Under the pieces are notes generated by a model. That model had not been told where the DNA came from. It searched no databases and saw only the letters and a program-made list of their open reading frames with translations. DNA of 64,000 nucleotides from Octopus sinensis (lineage: Eukaryota), in contig NC_043004.1 of assembly GCF_006345805.1 (NCBI RefSeq), positions 39,866,001 to 39,930,000 of the forward strand, given 5' to 3'. Below, in pieces: positions 25,130-37,039 of this stretch; positions within the stretch are counted from its first letter, which is position 1, and every line of letters begins with the position of its first letter. The position numbers were made by a program, and so were the translations under genes.

Positions 25130-25177
25130 CGTTACAGTTGAAAAGGTCTCAAAATGACCGAAACCGGTACTGAAATG
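25130..25177 (+). ncRNA. Minimal type I hammerhead ribozyme, U3-A8 variant
   Basis: Stem I CGUUACAG/CUGAAAUG; core UUGAAAA; stem II GGUC-UCAAAAU-GACC; GAAA; palindromic stem III ACCGGU; GUA cleavage triplet ending at 25169. Confidence 0.75.
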
Positions 25178-25327
25178 TTCACTATAAAATTATTTTAGCA
25201 TTTTCTATTTTTTACTTGTTTTTTCATATATATCAACTCGTGTGTTCCTTTTCACCCTTATACATATATATATATATATATACATACATATATATATATA
25301 TATATATACGTACACACATATATATAC

Positions 25328-25520
25328 ATCATCATCATCATCGTTTAACGTCTGTTTTCCGTGCCAGCACGTGTTGGACAGTTCAACTGGGGTCTAGGAA
25401 GCCAGAAGGCTGTGGCCAAGCCCAGTCTGATCTGGCAGTGTTTCTACAGCTGGATTCCCTTCCTAACGCCAACCACTCCATGAATGTAGTGGGTGCTTTT
25501 TACGTGCCACCTGCACGGGT
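25328..25520 (-). mobile_element. Family R retroposon 3' tail
   Basis: (CAT)n followed by the reverse complement of the family R tail. Confidence 0.8.
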
Positions 25521-25667
25521 TTGAACTTCTTTGAGTTTCTGTCTACCAAATCCATTCACAAGGATTTGGTTGGCCTGAGGCTATAGTAGAAGACACTTGC
25601 CCAAGGTGTCGCACAATGGGACTGAACCCGAAACCATGTTTTTGGGAAGCCATGCCTGCACCTATAT

Positions 25668-25728
<61 letters not shown>

Positions 25729-25879
25729 ATATATACACATATATATAATTTATGGTGATATTAACTGACTGTAGAGATTTTATCTCAGAACCAAGCATGA
25801 TGAAAATAACACCAGAAAGGTTTTAGTCACAGTTACTATAGACCCAGACACCTATTTTCTTTATTAAACAATAATGATA

Positions 25880-26585
25880 ATAATTGTTTCCAGCATAAGA
25901 CACAGGGCCTGAAAGTTTGCAGAGGCAGAGGGCAGCCAATTACATCACACTTAGTACTTGACTGGTACTTAATTTTATTGACCCTGAGAAGATGAAAGCA
26001 AATTTGACCTCGGTGGGTTTTAAGCTTGGAGCGTAATGAGCTGGAACTAATATATACTCTAAGGAATTTTGCATCTAAAGTTCTAACAATTGTGGCAATA
26101 ATAACAATAATTGATTCTGTTACATAGGCACAAGGCCAGGAAGTTTGAGGAACGGAGGGAGGGATGGAGTTGATTAAATCAATTACCACTAATTAGAGTG
26201 GTACTTTATTTTATCAACTATGGAGGGATGAAAGAGGAAGTTGACCAAGGTGGGATTTCAACTCAGAATGTTAAGAGCCAGAATAAATACCACAAGGTTT
26301 TTCATTCTATGTTTAATCTTTCTACAAATCCAACACTCTTGATGATAATAATAATGATAATAATAATAATAATCTTTTCTACTCTAGACACAAGGCCTGA
26401 AATTTTGGGGGAGGGGTCAGCCGATTAGATCAACCCCTGTACAAAACTTGTACTTAATTTATCAACCCTGAAAGGATAAAAAGCAAAGGCGACCTCAGTG
26501 GAATTTGAACTCAGAACATAAAGATGGATGAAAGGCTGCTAAGCATTTTTCCCGGCATGCTAATAATTCTACCATCTCACCACAA
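25880..26585 (-). mobile_element. Three tandem family B-related SINE copies separated by (ATA)n
   Basis: aggcctgaa...ggtactt..ttt..cgaccc.gaa.ggatgaaag..aaag..gacc recurs at about 25900, 26130 and 26390. Confidence 0.7.
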
Positions 26586-26609
26586 TAATAAAAATTATCA
26601 TCATCATTG

Positions 26610-26960
26610 TCGTTTATCATCCACTTTCCATGCTGGCATGGGTTTGATGATTTGACTGAGGACTGGCAAGCCAGAAGGCTGTACCAGGCTCCTATCTGAT
26701 CTGGCAAAGTTTCTACAGCTGGATATGCATCCTAATGCCAACTACTCCAATAGTGTAGTGGGTGCTTTTTACATGCCACTGGCATGAGGACCAATCAATA
26801 TTGGCATCGACCATGCTTGAATGGTCTTTTTACATGCCACAGGCACAGGAGCTAGTCAGGTGGCACTGGCAACGACCATGCTCAAATGGTGCTTTTTACA
26901 TGTCACCAGCATGGGAGCCAGTAAGGCAGCACTGGCAATGGCCACACTTGAACAGTATGA
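26610..26960 (-). mobile_element. Family R retroposon with ~65-bp internal tandem units
   Basis: Tail reverse complement plus repeated ggtgctttttacatgccac...gtggcactggcaacgaccatgct units. Confidence 0.8.
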
Positions 26961-27064
26961 ATGATGGAGGAGGAGAAACAAAGAAACCAGGAGTGCTTGG
27001 GTGGAGGTGCTGTGAGGCCAGCCAGTTCCAATGAGCAGAAAAGGCAGGCAGAGGAGACAGAATA

Positions 27065-27420
27065 TCAGAAGACTACTGGATCGTGTTTGATGAAGACTAT
27101 GTAACCATCTTGCAGCCATTTGTTTTGGATGTGATTCTGGATGTCTATGTAGGAAGCTGCACTGTCGCAAACGTATGAGCAGTACTCCATTAGGAATCTC
27201 ACCTGAGATTCATAAAGGATTAATAGTTGATAAGGAATAGAGTATTTTCTAGCTTTGATGAGGAACTCAGTCCTTGTTGAGTATTTACACTCACCAGGCA
27301 AGATCTGGATAATGGCAACATCATCTGAAGTGGTCTCAAGGATTCTAGTTGCGTTTCGTAACTGCACAATATATTGTTTTCGAGATACCTGGTGCCTGGC
27401 TGTACTCAAGAAGACCCGTA
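27065..27420 (-). mobile_element. LINE reverse-transcriptase C-terminal remnant (CR1/Jockey-like clade)
   Basis: ARKYSIPYQLLILYESQVRFLMEYCSYVCDSAASYIDIQNHIQNK resembles the conserved LYKxQVRPxMEYCSxxWxxA...LDxIQ block. Confidence 0.7.
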
Positions 27421-27464
27421 CCCTGCAAGAGAAGTGGTAAGACCAATCCTTCTGGTGGTGTAAA

Positions 27465-27765
27465 GCACTCATGGTGGTGCCACATAAAAGTGTCTGTGCA
27501 GTGCTATGCAAAAGTACCCATGTGGTGCCATGTAAAAGCAACCATGGGGGTGCTATGTAAAAGTGCCCATGTGGTGCCATATGCATAAAAGCACCCAGCA
27601 CACTCTGTAAAGTTGTTGGTGTTAGGAAAGGCATCCAGCTGTAGAAACCTATACCAAATCAGAATGGAATCTAGTGCAGCTCCTCAACTTACCAGCTCTG
27701 GTCAAACCATCCAACCCATGCTAGCATGGACAACAGACATTAAATGATGATAATGATAATGATAT
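27465..27765 (+). mobile_element. Family R retroposon with 24-bp internal repeats
   Basis: atgtggtgccatgtaaaagcaccc repeats followed by the family R tail and (GAT/AAT)n. Confidence 0.8.
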
Positions 27766-28221
27766 GTATAGTGATTATACCTTTACACTTTTGAAACAGA
27801 CAAGACTGAAATTAACCGATTTGAAACCATATTTTAGGTTCTTGTTCATTTAAGTGCAGGTTTCACATGAGGCGTTGAAGTTGCATGATGCTGTGGTTGT
27901 GTCAACCCTGGCTGTGCCATTAGGAAGCTTGCTTCCTAACCATGAAGTCTTTGGTTCAGTTCCACTGTGCAACTTCTTGGGTAAGTGTCTTCTATACAGG
28001 CTGACCAAAGCCTTATGAGTGGATTTGGAAGACAGAAATTGAAAGTAGCCCATTATGTGTGTGTCATTGCACCGGTGTGTTTGTACCAACCATTGCTTGA
28101 GAACCAGTGTTGGTTTGTTTATGCCCCCAAAACTTAGCAGTTCAATGTTAAAGACCAAATAATGCAGTCCAATGACTGAAACAAGTAAAAGATAAAAGAT
28201 TATTATATATATGTGTGTGAC

Positions 28222-28418
28222 CACGTGTGTACCGTTAGCGATTTTTTTTTCCTCAGTCTTCCCTTCTCTGGATCTTTCCCTCTCCTATGTTTCCGACGAA
28301 GAGCTCCGCTCGAAACGTTAAACCCTCCTTCTTTCCTGAGTGTCCAATAATACTATATTTGTTCTACGTCCTCGCATTGTTGTGTTTTTTTTGTGCTTTC
28401 ATGTTTGGATTAACTTTA
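28222..28418 (+). mobile_element. PLE pseudo-LTR-type element with minimal hammerhead-like fold (28289-28323)
   Basis: gttt-CCGACGA-a-gagc/tcc/gctc-GAAA-cg-tt-aaac; AACGTT palindrome at stem III. Confidence 0.6.
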
Positions 28419-28420
28419 TA

Positions 28421-28821
28421 TCTCTCTATATATAAATGGCAGTTTGTCTGTCTGTGTGGTTGTCAGGTTGTACCCTCACCCTGACCACGGCTTTCAACCG
28501 ATTCTGATGAAACTTAACACACACATAGCCCAATGTCATGATTCAAAACTAACGCAGCGAAAATTTTGAAAAGTTCCCCCAGTTCTGAAAAAGATCAATA
28601 AATTCGACATGGGGTCGAGAATATAAGCTTTTTATATGCAACACATTTCCTATCGGGAGACAGCTAGGGAACATTGTATACATAGAAGTATTCGAGTGAA
28701 GAGAAGACATTGCAACCTACACATGCGCCTTCGTTCCCTAGAGGGAAAGAACTAGATTGGGATTAGTCGTTGCCTACTAGGGGCTCTTACATACCCGGGC
28801 AACGCCGGGCTATGCTGCTAG
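28421..28821 (+). mobile_element. Non-autonomous Helitron, copy 1
   Basis: A|TC 5' end; 3' hairpin CCCGGgcaacgCCGGG (28794-28809); CTAG|T end. Confidence 0.9.
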
Positions 28822-29149
28822 TATATATATATAGTGCATTGCAGGTCTGTCCAGTCAAAGCCAGTGTGGAGAAATGAAAAATAAAACACGATGATGATAC
28901 CCTCCCAACCACAGGAGGTACAGTATGTGGGAGAAGTGAAAAGCAGCCAAATCTAATGAGTGGATTTAAGAGGTAAACAGCAACTACTTATTCACTGTGA
29001 ATTTTGTTACTGCAGTTAGTCTATTAGAAAGATCGGTTGTTTGTATCATATCACTGTTCCTGGGTCCTTAAAACACAAGCAATTTATTGGGGTTTTTTTT
29101 TGAGTCTCAAGTGATTGAGACATTTGGCAATTTGCTGACATGACAAGCC

Positions 29150-29390
29150 AAGTGAAATCATATTCATGGCCAATGCTAGTGACACATTAAAAGCACCCAT
29201 GCTGGTGACACGTAAAAGGTACCCACTACACTCTTGGAGTGGTTGGTCTTGGGAAGGGCATCCAGGCATAGAAACCAAGCCAAATCAGATTGAAGCATGA
29301 TACAGCTCTGTGGCTTACTAGTCCAGTCAAACCATCTAACCCATGCCAGCATGAAAAATGGATGCTAAATAATGATAATGATGATGAGGT
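29150..29390 (+). mobile_element. Family R retroposon 3' tail
   Basis: Degenerate match to 999-1335. Confidence 0.75.
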
Positions 29391-30222
29391 GCAAGGCTTG
29401 AAATTTGGGTGAGTGGGTTAGTCAGTTACATTGATGCCAGTGCTCAATTCATGCTCATCAACTTCAAAAGAGGATGAGAGGCGAGGTTTACCTCAGCAGA
29501 ATCTAAACTCAGAATATGAGAAGCTGGAGGAAATACTGTTAAACATTTTGTCCAATGCACCAATGGTTCTGCCAGTAACTATTCTTTCCTTTTCTGAGCT
29601 TGTCATTAAAAAAAAAGGGTCTATGTGATCCTACAAAAGAACTATTTTTACTAAAAATAATTTCTAATTTAGGTACACAACTAACAATTCTGGCAGGTGG
29701 TGGAGGATTCCAACAAATTTACAATCTTTCACCACTATTTTGACAAGAGAAGAAGAGCTTTGCCAGAGAGATCAAAAATGATACCAAAACATGTTTGGAA
29801 TTGTCTCTGATTTGTTCAAACACTTAATAACATCAGTCATAGATTGATATTGATTTTTTTGCCATCACTGCATAATTACTTCTAATTAGCTTTTTAATGG
29901 TCCATGCATTAAATATGTTAACATTAGCTCGACTACTGTTTTGCATGCAGAGTTATTTACTAATGATAAAGTAATCAAAGATAGTTTCTATGACCTGCCA
30001 TGCTTCAAACTGGTCAAGTTCCTTACAGATATTTAATCTAGATGGACAGTTCTGTTAAAAGAATGTAAAATGTATTCTGATCGAGATTGCTGTCGTTTAA
30101 CCTCAGATCAACCCGTATCAAATAGGCCTATGATCAAAGATGCTCCAGCTGTGATCATCTAGACTTTCTGTTTACCAGAGACTATGGTATCCTATGTATC
30201 CATTTGTTATTATTATAATTAA

Positions 30223-30995
30223 TAAGGCGGCAAGCTGGCAGAAACGTTAGCACGCCGGGCGAAATGCTTAGAAGTATTTCGTCTGTCATTACGTTGTGAG
30301 TTCAAATTCCACCGAGGTCGACTTTGCCTTTCATCCTTTCGGGGTCGATAAATTAAGTACCAGTTACACACTGGGGTCGATGTAATCGACTTAATATCTA
30401 TGTTTGTCCTTGTTTGTCCCCTCTGTGTTTAGCCCCTTGTGGGTAATAAAGAAATAGTTATTATTATAATTATTAAAAGATAATAATCATCGTTATTATC
30501 AAGGCAGCGAGCTGGCAGAATTGCTAGTGCAGCAGCCAAAATGCTTAGTGGTTCAGCATTATGTTCTGAGTTCAAGTTCTGCTGAGGTCAACTTGGCCTT
30601 TCATCCTTTTGGGGTCAATAAACACAGTCCAGTTGGTCACAGAAATCGATGAAATTGACTAGCCGCTCCACACAAATACTTCAGATCTTCTACCTGTAGT
30701 AGAAAGAATTATTATTATTATTATAATTGAAAAGAGGTGAGTTGCTGAATCATTGACATGCCAAGCAAAATGCTTAGCAGCATTTCGTCTGTCTTTACAT
30801 TCTGAGTTCAAATTGCACCGAGGTCGACTTCATCTTTCATCCTTTCGCGGTTGATGAATTAAGTACCAGTTATGCACTGGGGTTGAAAAATTAAGTGCTG
30901 GTTACACACTGTGATTGATATATTAAGTACCAGTGTTGATGTAGTTGACTTAACCCTCCCTCCCTAAAATTGCTGGCCTTGTGCTAAAATTACAA
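30223..30995 (+). mobile_element. Three tandem SINE family B copies (about 30223-30460, 30500-30690, 30733-30995)
   Basis: Each starts aaggcggcgagctggcagaa... with gagttcaaattcc.ccgaggtcgactttgcctttcatcctttcggggtcgat; separated by (TTA)n tails. Confidence 0.85.
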
Positions 30996-31042
30996 ATTAT
31001 TATTATTATTACTGCTGTTGCTGATAAAAGATATGGAGATCT

Positions 31043-31270
31043 TTAACCCTTTAGCATTCAAACAGGCCATATCCGGCCAAAATATTTAACCTATTTTATA
31101 TTGAAACTGACCAGATCTCACCTCTCACCTCAGCCCTACAATGTCATTCTAAAACTAAAAAATCACATCACTGAAATCTCTAAACTACAAGATAATGCAT
31201 GATTAATTCAAACCATTTTAAATAAACAAACATCACATTTGACAGAATAATCTGAACACTAAAGGGTTAA
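31043..31270 (+). mobile_element. piggyBac-like MITE family M, intact ends
   Basis: TTAA|CCCTTTAGCATTCA ... TGAACACTAAAGGG|TTAA: TIRs with TTAA target duplication. Confidence 0.85.
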
Positions 31271-31299
31271 GCTACCACTAAGAAACCAATTAGTGTTTA

Positions 31300-31560
31300 G
31301 CACAGTTTATTTGCTGATGGAAAAGCAATTTAGAAGTGTGAGCTTAAAACGAAGACAAAGCATTATACACCAAATGAGGCCACCTCTCCTAATGCATCTT
31401 GCGCTCCAGCCTTATGGGATGGCATGGAATCCATGGAGCTTCAATTCAGCAATTGAGAGTGAAGGGATCATTGAAACAGCTTTAAAAAGTATGGTAAGGG
31501 AAGTGATTTGTAAGGAGAGTAGAAGATGGGATTGAATTTTGTGAGACACTTAAATGACAG
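31300..31560 (+). mobile_element. Probable Gypsy LTR-retrotransposon integrase remnant
   Basis: EGIIETALKSMVREVICKESRRWD resembles the NGxVERxNxTLKSMLRKxxxxxxxWD block; highly decayed. Confidence 0.4.
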
Positions 31561-31770
31561 TCAGAAAATGAAGACCAAACTAGTAGTCCATCAAGAACTA
31601 CATGGCTATCTTACAGAGGATATGGTAGAACTCAAGCCTAGTCCAACACCAAGAATGTTCACGAGTACTTCCAGACAATAAATGATAAGGTTATTTAGAA
31701 GAGTCGAACGATCAACTGGAACACACATTGTTGAAAACATGACTATCCCTTAAGAAATTTAATTTGACAA

Positions 31771-31972
31771 GGTCTGGCCCAAATATTTGATTTGTTTTTA
31801 AGTTCAATGCAGACAGATCTGGCCTCTCCCACCTACCTTCCCTACAATGTCATTCTAAAAATGTACAATCAATATCACTGATAGCTTGAAGCTTCAAGAT
31901 AAAGTATTATTAAAACAATGTGAATGAATAAGCATTATATTTGACAGAGTAATCTGAATGCTAAAGGGTCAA
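31771..31972 (+). mobile_element. piggyBac-like MITE family M, 5'-truncated
   Basis: Ends aatctgaatgctaaagggtcaa. Confidence 0.7.
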
Positions 31973-32809
31973 ATTGTTCATACTGTGGTCCTTGTATAAG
32001 CTATAATGTATCCAGTAGTGTATTTTGTTTTCTATTCAAGAGCCTTCTTCTTTGAACATGGTATGATGATCTGAGGCATATTTGGCTCATATTTAAATTT
32101 AAAAATATAGAAAAAGAACAAAAAACAAAAGAAAAATAATTACAGTGCCAATCCCTTATACCTGAAGTGAAAAAGCTTTTAAAATTTCGAACAGAAGTGT
32201 TGAGAAGAACAAAGAGCAAAAATGTATTAAGGAGAAATTACTGTAATTCCAGAAATATGAAACATTTCATTTCAGAAATTGATAAATATTTGTTGAAATA
32301 ATAATAATAACAATAATGATTATGATGAAACCCACCCCAAAAAGTAAGTCATAGCTTCCACATAAAATAAGTTGAAATGAATTAACTATATTTTTTTTTC
32401 TTTTGCTTTATTAGCCAGTCTTTGAACAATTTTAATTTAAAAATTTTCACTCTTCACATCAGAATTAAAAAAAAAAAAAAGAAAAAATTAAATGGCTTTA
32501 ACTGGTCTGTAATCTATTAAATAACCAGGCAAGAAAAATCAATTCAGTTTTGTATATTGGATAAATAAACGTTACATTCAAACAAAGTACATGTGCATAA
32601 CTATAGAGTGCGCATACATGTATTTGAGTGTGTGTGTGTGTGCATATATATATACACACATACACACACAAATATGAAAATATATATAAACATATAGATG
32701 CACATGTGAGTACATATATACATATAAACTAAAACATTCTTGTGATTATGTGTTCACCTGTACATGCACATCTTATACATCGAATTTTGCATTCTTATAC
32801 ATACATATA

Positions 32810-32813
32810 TGTG

Positions 32814-32847
<34 letters not shown>

Positions 32848-32975
32848 ATGTATGTATATATATGTATATGTATGTATATATATGTATATGTATGTATATA
32901 TATATATATATATATGTGTATATGTATGTATATATATATATAAATATATATATATATACACATATATATGTATAT
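32810..32975. repeat. (TA)/(TATG) microsatellite
   Basis: Visible directly in the sequence. Confidence 0.9.
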
Positions 32976-34199
32976 ATGAACACAAACACATCAAAGGAAG
33001 GAATCTAATGAAATAAAGACAGTAACAACACATCTACGGAGATATGTACGCATATTTATATACATACATATCTACACACACACACAGGCACACACGTTTG
33101 TGTGTAAGATTACTAAATAAATAAAATAGTGTTTATTAAGCAGAAATCTGTAAAAAAGCACGAGAAAAGAGATGTGAATATACAATATATATATATATAG
33201 TGGCAAAAAATAAGTAAAAATATACAATTAAAAAACAAAAAAAAAAGAGAGATAGGAAAGACTTGACTAAGTCATTGTGCAAAAACTGAATGACTACTAA
33301 TATATTGAACAGCAATAGGTGTGAAATGGTGTGACTAGTCTTGCAGATTTTATAAGACATGGGGTTTCATCTAATGTAGACTATGATGATATGATAACAC
33401 AATGTAGTTTGCTTGTTATTGTCTATCTGTAAAGCCATAACCAACTGACCAGTTTCTGCTAAAGATGTTGGAAGATGGAGAGGCTGAAGGAAGAACAGAA
33501 GAGAGGAGAAAAGAAATGAGAGAGAGAGAGAGACTGAGCAGGAGAGAGTTCAAAGGGAGATAGAGAAAGAGATAAAGTGGGAGAGGAGAAGGAAAAATAA
33601 ATGAAAGAAAGAAAGAAAGAAAGACAAAAAAAAAGGGGGGGAAAAAGCAAATCAAATTTTCCCTGCTATAGAGAAGATCTTTATTGCCAATGGGAAAATA
33701 CCAATTTCAATTTCTGATTCTTTTAAACAATATTATTCTTCAGTCAACCTTTCTCTCTTCACATATGCTTATATATATTTAAGAATCTACATGTGTAAGC
33801 CTATGTGTGTGAGAGAGATCTATAGATAAGACTCACACATACATGAGACCATTCAATGGTCTTTTTTCTTTTTTTTTTTTTTGTTGAAGCAACAATTTTT
33901 ACAGCTGAGTGGGTTTTCTTTTCTATAATGAAGTAGGTTTGGATAGTATCTGTTTTCAATCAGTCAAGCAAATCTCAACAAGCAATGTTGTGTGACACAA
34001 CAAAATGGCCACTGAAAGTTTTTGGGGTTTTTTTTTTCTTCTTTTTCTTTTTCATTTTGGCTTGGAGGAAGAGACAGTGACCAGAGACAGCCTTCAGCCT
34101 TCACAGGTCCATCAAGACCAGAGAGATTTACACACTGTTAACTCACTGCCTGATGTGTCACAAGTTGACAGCTGCAGAAAACAGAAGTACATCACTCAT

Positions 34200-34380
34200 C
34201 ATCATCATCATGTAACGTCCGTGTTACTTTCTGGCATGGGTTGGATGGTTTGGCAGGATCCGATGTGTCCAAGGACTGCATAGTACTTCGATGTCAGCTC
34301 TGGCATGGTTTTACAGCTAGATACCCTTCCTATTGCCGGCTGCTTTGTTTTCATGCCATCAGCACTAGTGAGGTCACGAT
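34200..34380 (-). mobile_element. Family R retroposon 3' tail
   Basis: (CAT)n followed by the tail reverse complement. Confidence 0.7.
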
Positions 34381-34489
34381 GCAGTTTGTAAGACTATGAA
34401 CCCTGAGATGGGCTTTTGGCTTTTTGCTAGGAGAAGAGGGATTAGGCTAGCAGAACAGGTTCTTGTAAAAGAGCTGCATGTTTACTCCC

Positions 34490-34860
34490 ATTTAGTAGGG
34501 AAGGGAGAGAGTGATCAGTTGTAGCTGCAAAGAGATACAAAGCATGTGGGCAGGGAAAGAATAATTCCAGAAGGTCAATAATCTAGAGATGAAGGATAGG
34601 GCATAATGATTAGCGTATGTGACCCAAGATGGTTGAAGAGAGTCAAGAGGGCCTGAGTGACAGTGACATGAGGGCATAGAGCTCTAAGGAGAAGATGCTA
34701 ATGTAGTATCAGTAGAAAAGACAGAGAGTGAACACAGTATGATAGTGGGCTAGATGCTGGAGCATGTTGTTGAGTGACTTCATGGCAATTAGTTTGACAG
34801 TCTTTTGGGAATGCATTTAAGGATGTGGTAGTAGAACCATCCCAGGTGAGGGAGTAGTAC
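34490..34860 (-). mobile_element. Decayed LINE ORF2 C-terminus (same class as 27065-27420)
   Basis: KTVKLIAMKSLNNMLQHLAHYHTVFTLCLFY*YYISIFSLEL ... SFISRLLTFWNYSFP matches RAxRLI..LxxLxHRRxVxxLxLFYRYY..SxEL...SFxPRxxxLWNSLP, with stops and frameshifts. Confidence 0.55.
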
Positions 34861-34868
34861 TACACTAT

Positions 34869-35162
34869 GGGCTTCACCAAAGCTTGTAGAGGGTTTCACC
34901 AAGCTTTGTTGAGGGTTTCACCCAAGCTTTGTAGAGGGTTTCACTGGAGCTTTATAGAGGGTTTCACCCAAGCTTTGTAGAGGGTTTCACTGGAGCTTTA
35001 TAGAGGGTTTCACCCAAACTTTATTGATGGTTTCACTGAAGTTTTGTTGACGGTTTCACCCAAGCTTTGTTGAGGGTTTCACCCAAGCTTTGTTGAGAGT
35101 TTCACCCAAGCTTTGTTGAGGGTTTCACCCAAGATTTGTTGAGGGTTTCACCCAAGTTTTGT
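34869..35162. repeat. 23-bp minisatellite, 13 units (GGGTTTCACCCAAGCTTTGTTGA)
   Basis: Units counted directly; units 3-4 and 5-6 form an identical 46-bp dimer. Confidence 0.95.
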
Positions 35163-35699
35163 AATGACTGCTGGGGACTGAAGTATTTCAAGGTCTTGTT
35201 GCTTCAGGCAATCAGTACAGATTTAGCCAGAGGTGTCAAGGTTATTTGAGGAGGATACTTGGGTGCAGAAGATCACTCCTTTCATATAGAAGTGAGTATG
35301 GTTGGAGCACCCATCACTGAATGAGCGGTCATAGGTGGGTTAATATGGAAAGGATCAAACAGTGGAGCCAGGATGCTACTGATTGTCATCAATATGGTGA
35401 CGGTGCTTCATTGGAGTATGTTCAAGCAGAATGTACATCATTCCTTGGAGAGTATTCTTGGTGGCATGATCAACTCTTGAATATCTTGGCTGGTGAACTA
35501 TAACAGCATTGTAGCATCATCAATGTAATGAGAATCAATAAATTACATCATGATGCTTTCCATAAGAAGGATAAGAAAGGGCAATGCAAAAGCAGGAGCA
35601 AAGGAATGCAAAAACTTAGATTTCTGAATGTTGGTAATAATTTGAACATCCAAGCAGTTAAGACAAAGTATTCCTGTTCCCAAGACACATTATAACAAT

Positions 35700-35900
35700 G
35701 AAGCAAAGTCTTGACCTTATGGTACTGTTTTATACTACTTGAGAAAAAAGGTACTGACTGTAGAGTTTATGGAACTCATAGAGCAAGTATATGAAAGGGC
35801 GGCCTGAAATATGAAGGACTTATGGAATTTTGTAAGACATGGGGGAGACAGTCTATGGTTCTTTCAGTGGCAATAGGGTATTATGGATGTGCAGTTAGAT
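35700..35900 (+). mobile_element. Possible RTE reverse-transcriptase remnant
   Basis: Frameshifted LW..LEKKG / ELIEQVYER / VRHGGDS / VAIG fragments resemble RTE RT; heavily decayed. Confidence 0.3.
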
Positions 35901-36389
35901 ATACAATTGGTTGCCACTGGACTTAGAAAGAATAGCAGAACAATGTTTTGTGAATTACAAAGATAAACAGGAAACACTTCCTCGGATATGGCAAATGCAA
36001 GAAAGCTGAAAGTCTTTAGCAAATAATAAAACAAATTAGTTTCTGTGTGGCTGGAGTGGTTACCTTGCCTCAGACTGGGTGTGGTTTCAGCATGGATAAC
36101 AAGAAGCAAAAGGAAAGTCTGCTACCATATAGGCCCCAATGATGATTGGCAGGTGCAAAATTGTTGATTGCCATTCAATGGCTGACGAAGGAAATGTTTT
36201 ATAGTGAAAAGCTGTATTTAATATTTGTGTGCTTTATTTAAAAATTGCAGTGGATGGGTGGAATCAGGGTATTGATGGGGGGACAATCTACCATGTAGTA
36301 TTTGGTTGTATCCATTTGCAATCTGATTCTAGATCTAACCCAGGTTCACTTTGACTTTCACATCCTGCACAGATTATATGATATATGTA

Positions 36390-36546
36390 ATATTGGCGTT
36401 AGGAAGGGCATCCAGTTGTAGAAACATTGCCAGATCCGACTGGGCCTGGTGCAGCCTTCTGGCTTCCCAGACCCCAGTTGAACCGTCCAACCCATGCTAG
36501 CACGGAAAGCGGACGCTAAACGATGATGATGATGATGATGATGATG
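36390..36546 (+). mobile_element. Family R retroposon 3' tail, young copy
   Basis: Very close match to 1195-1335; (GAT)n tail. Confidence 0.9.
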
Positions 36547-36849
36547 TACCAGTCAAATACTGGCACTGTCAATAGAATTTATACTCTTCAAGTTGATGCT
36601 GTCGCTCCACGCTAAGCACATTCTTGCTGCTGTTATTTCTACCTTGCTAGTGTTGTTACAGTTATTATTGATCACCATAGTAAGGATATTGTTACTACCA
36701 AGTAAATAAAGAGAGAGAGAGGGGTGGAGAAGTGGTGGGGACAAGACAGACCGAAAGAAAGGTAGAAAGACTAAGATTAGATATGCAGATATTATATTTG
36801 ATTTTGCAAACAATAATAGCATTTTTTTTTTATAGATAAGCTAATTTAG

Positions 36850-36854
<5 letters not shown>

Positions 36855-36885
<31 letters not shown>

Positions 36886-36993
36886 TTTATATACATATAT
36901 ATATATGTAATTATCTATTATATACATATATATATATATATGTAATTATTTATTATATATATATATATTATATATATATATATTATATATATA

Positions 36994-37035
<42 letters not shown>
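36855..37035. repeat. Interrupted (TA)n microsatellite
   Basis: Visible directly in the sequence. Confidence 0.9.

Positions 37036-37039
<4 letters not shown>

Larger units (their letters stand above)
24489..25230. mobile_element. PLE-type insertion with inverted pseudo-LTR copies (24489-24693 and 25027-25230)
   Basis: ~200-bp arms differing only by two 1-nt homopolymer indels; each carries a hammerhead fold; flanked by (TA)n. Confidence 0.75.

Noticed and set aside
32040-32075. MFKEEGS* resembling the G-gamma C-terminus PFKEKGS
   Set aside because: Seven residues only, no CAAX and no upstream similarity.
34869-35162. 23-bp repeats as a CRISPR array
   Set aside because: Units are contiguous with no unique spacers; eukaryotic context with no cas genes.
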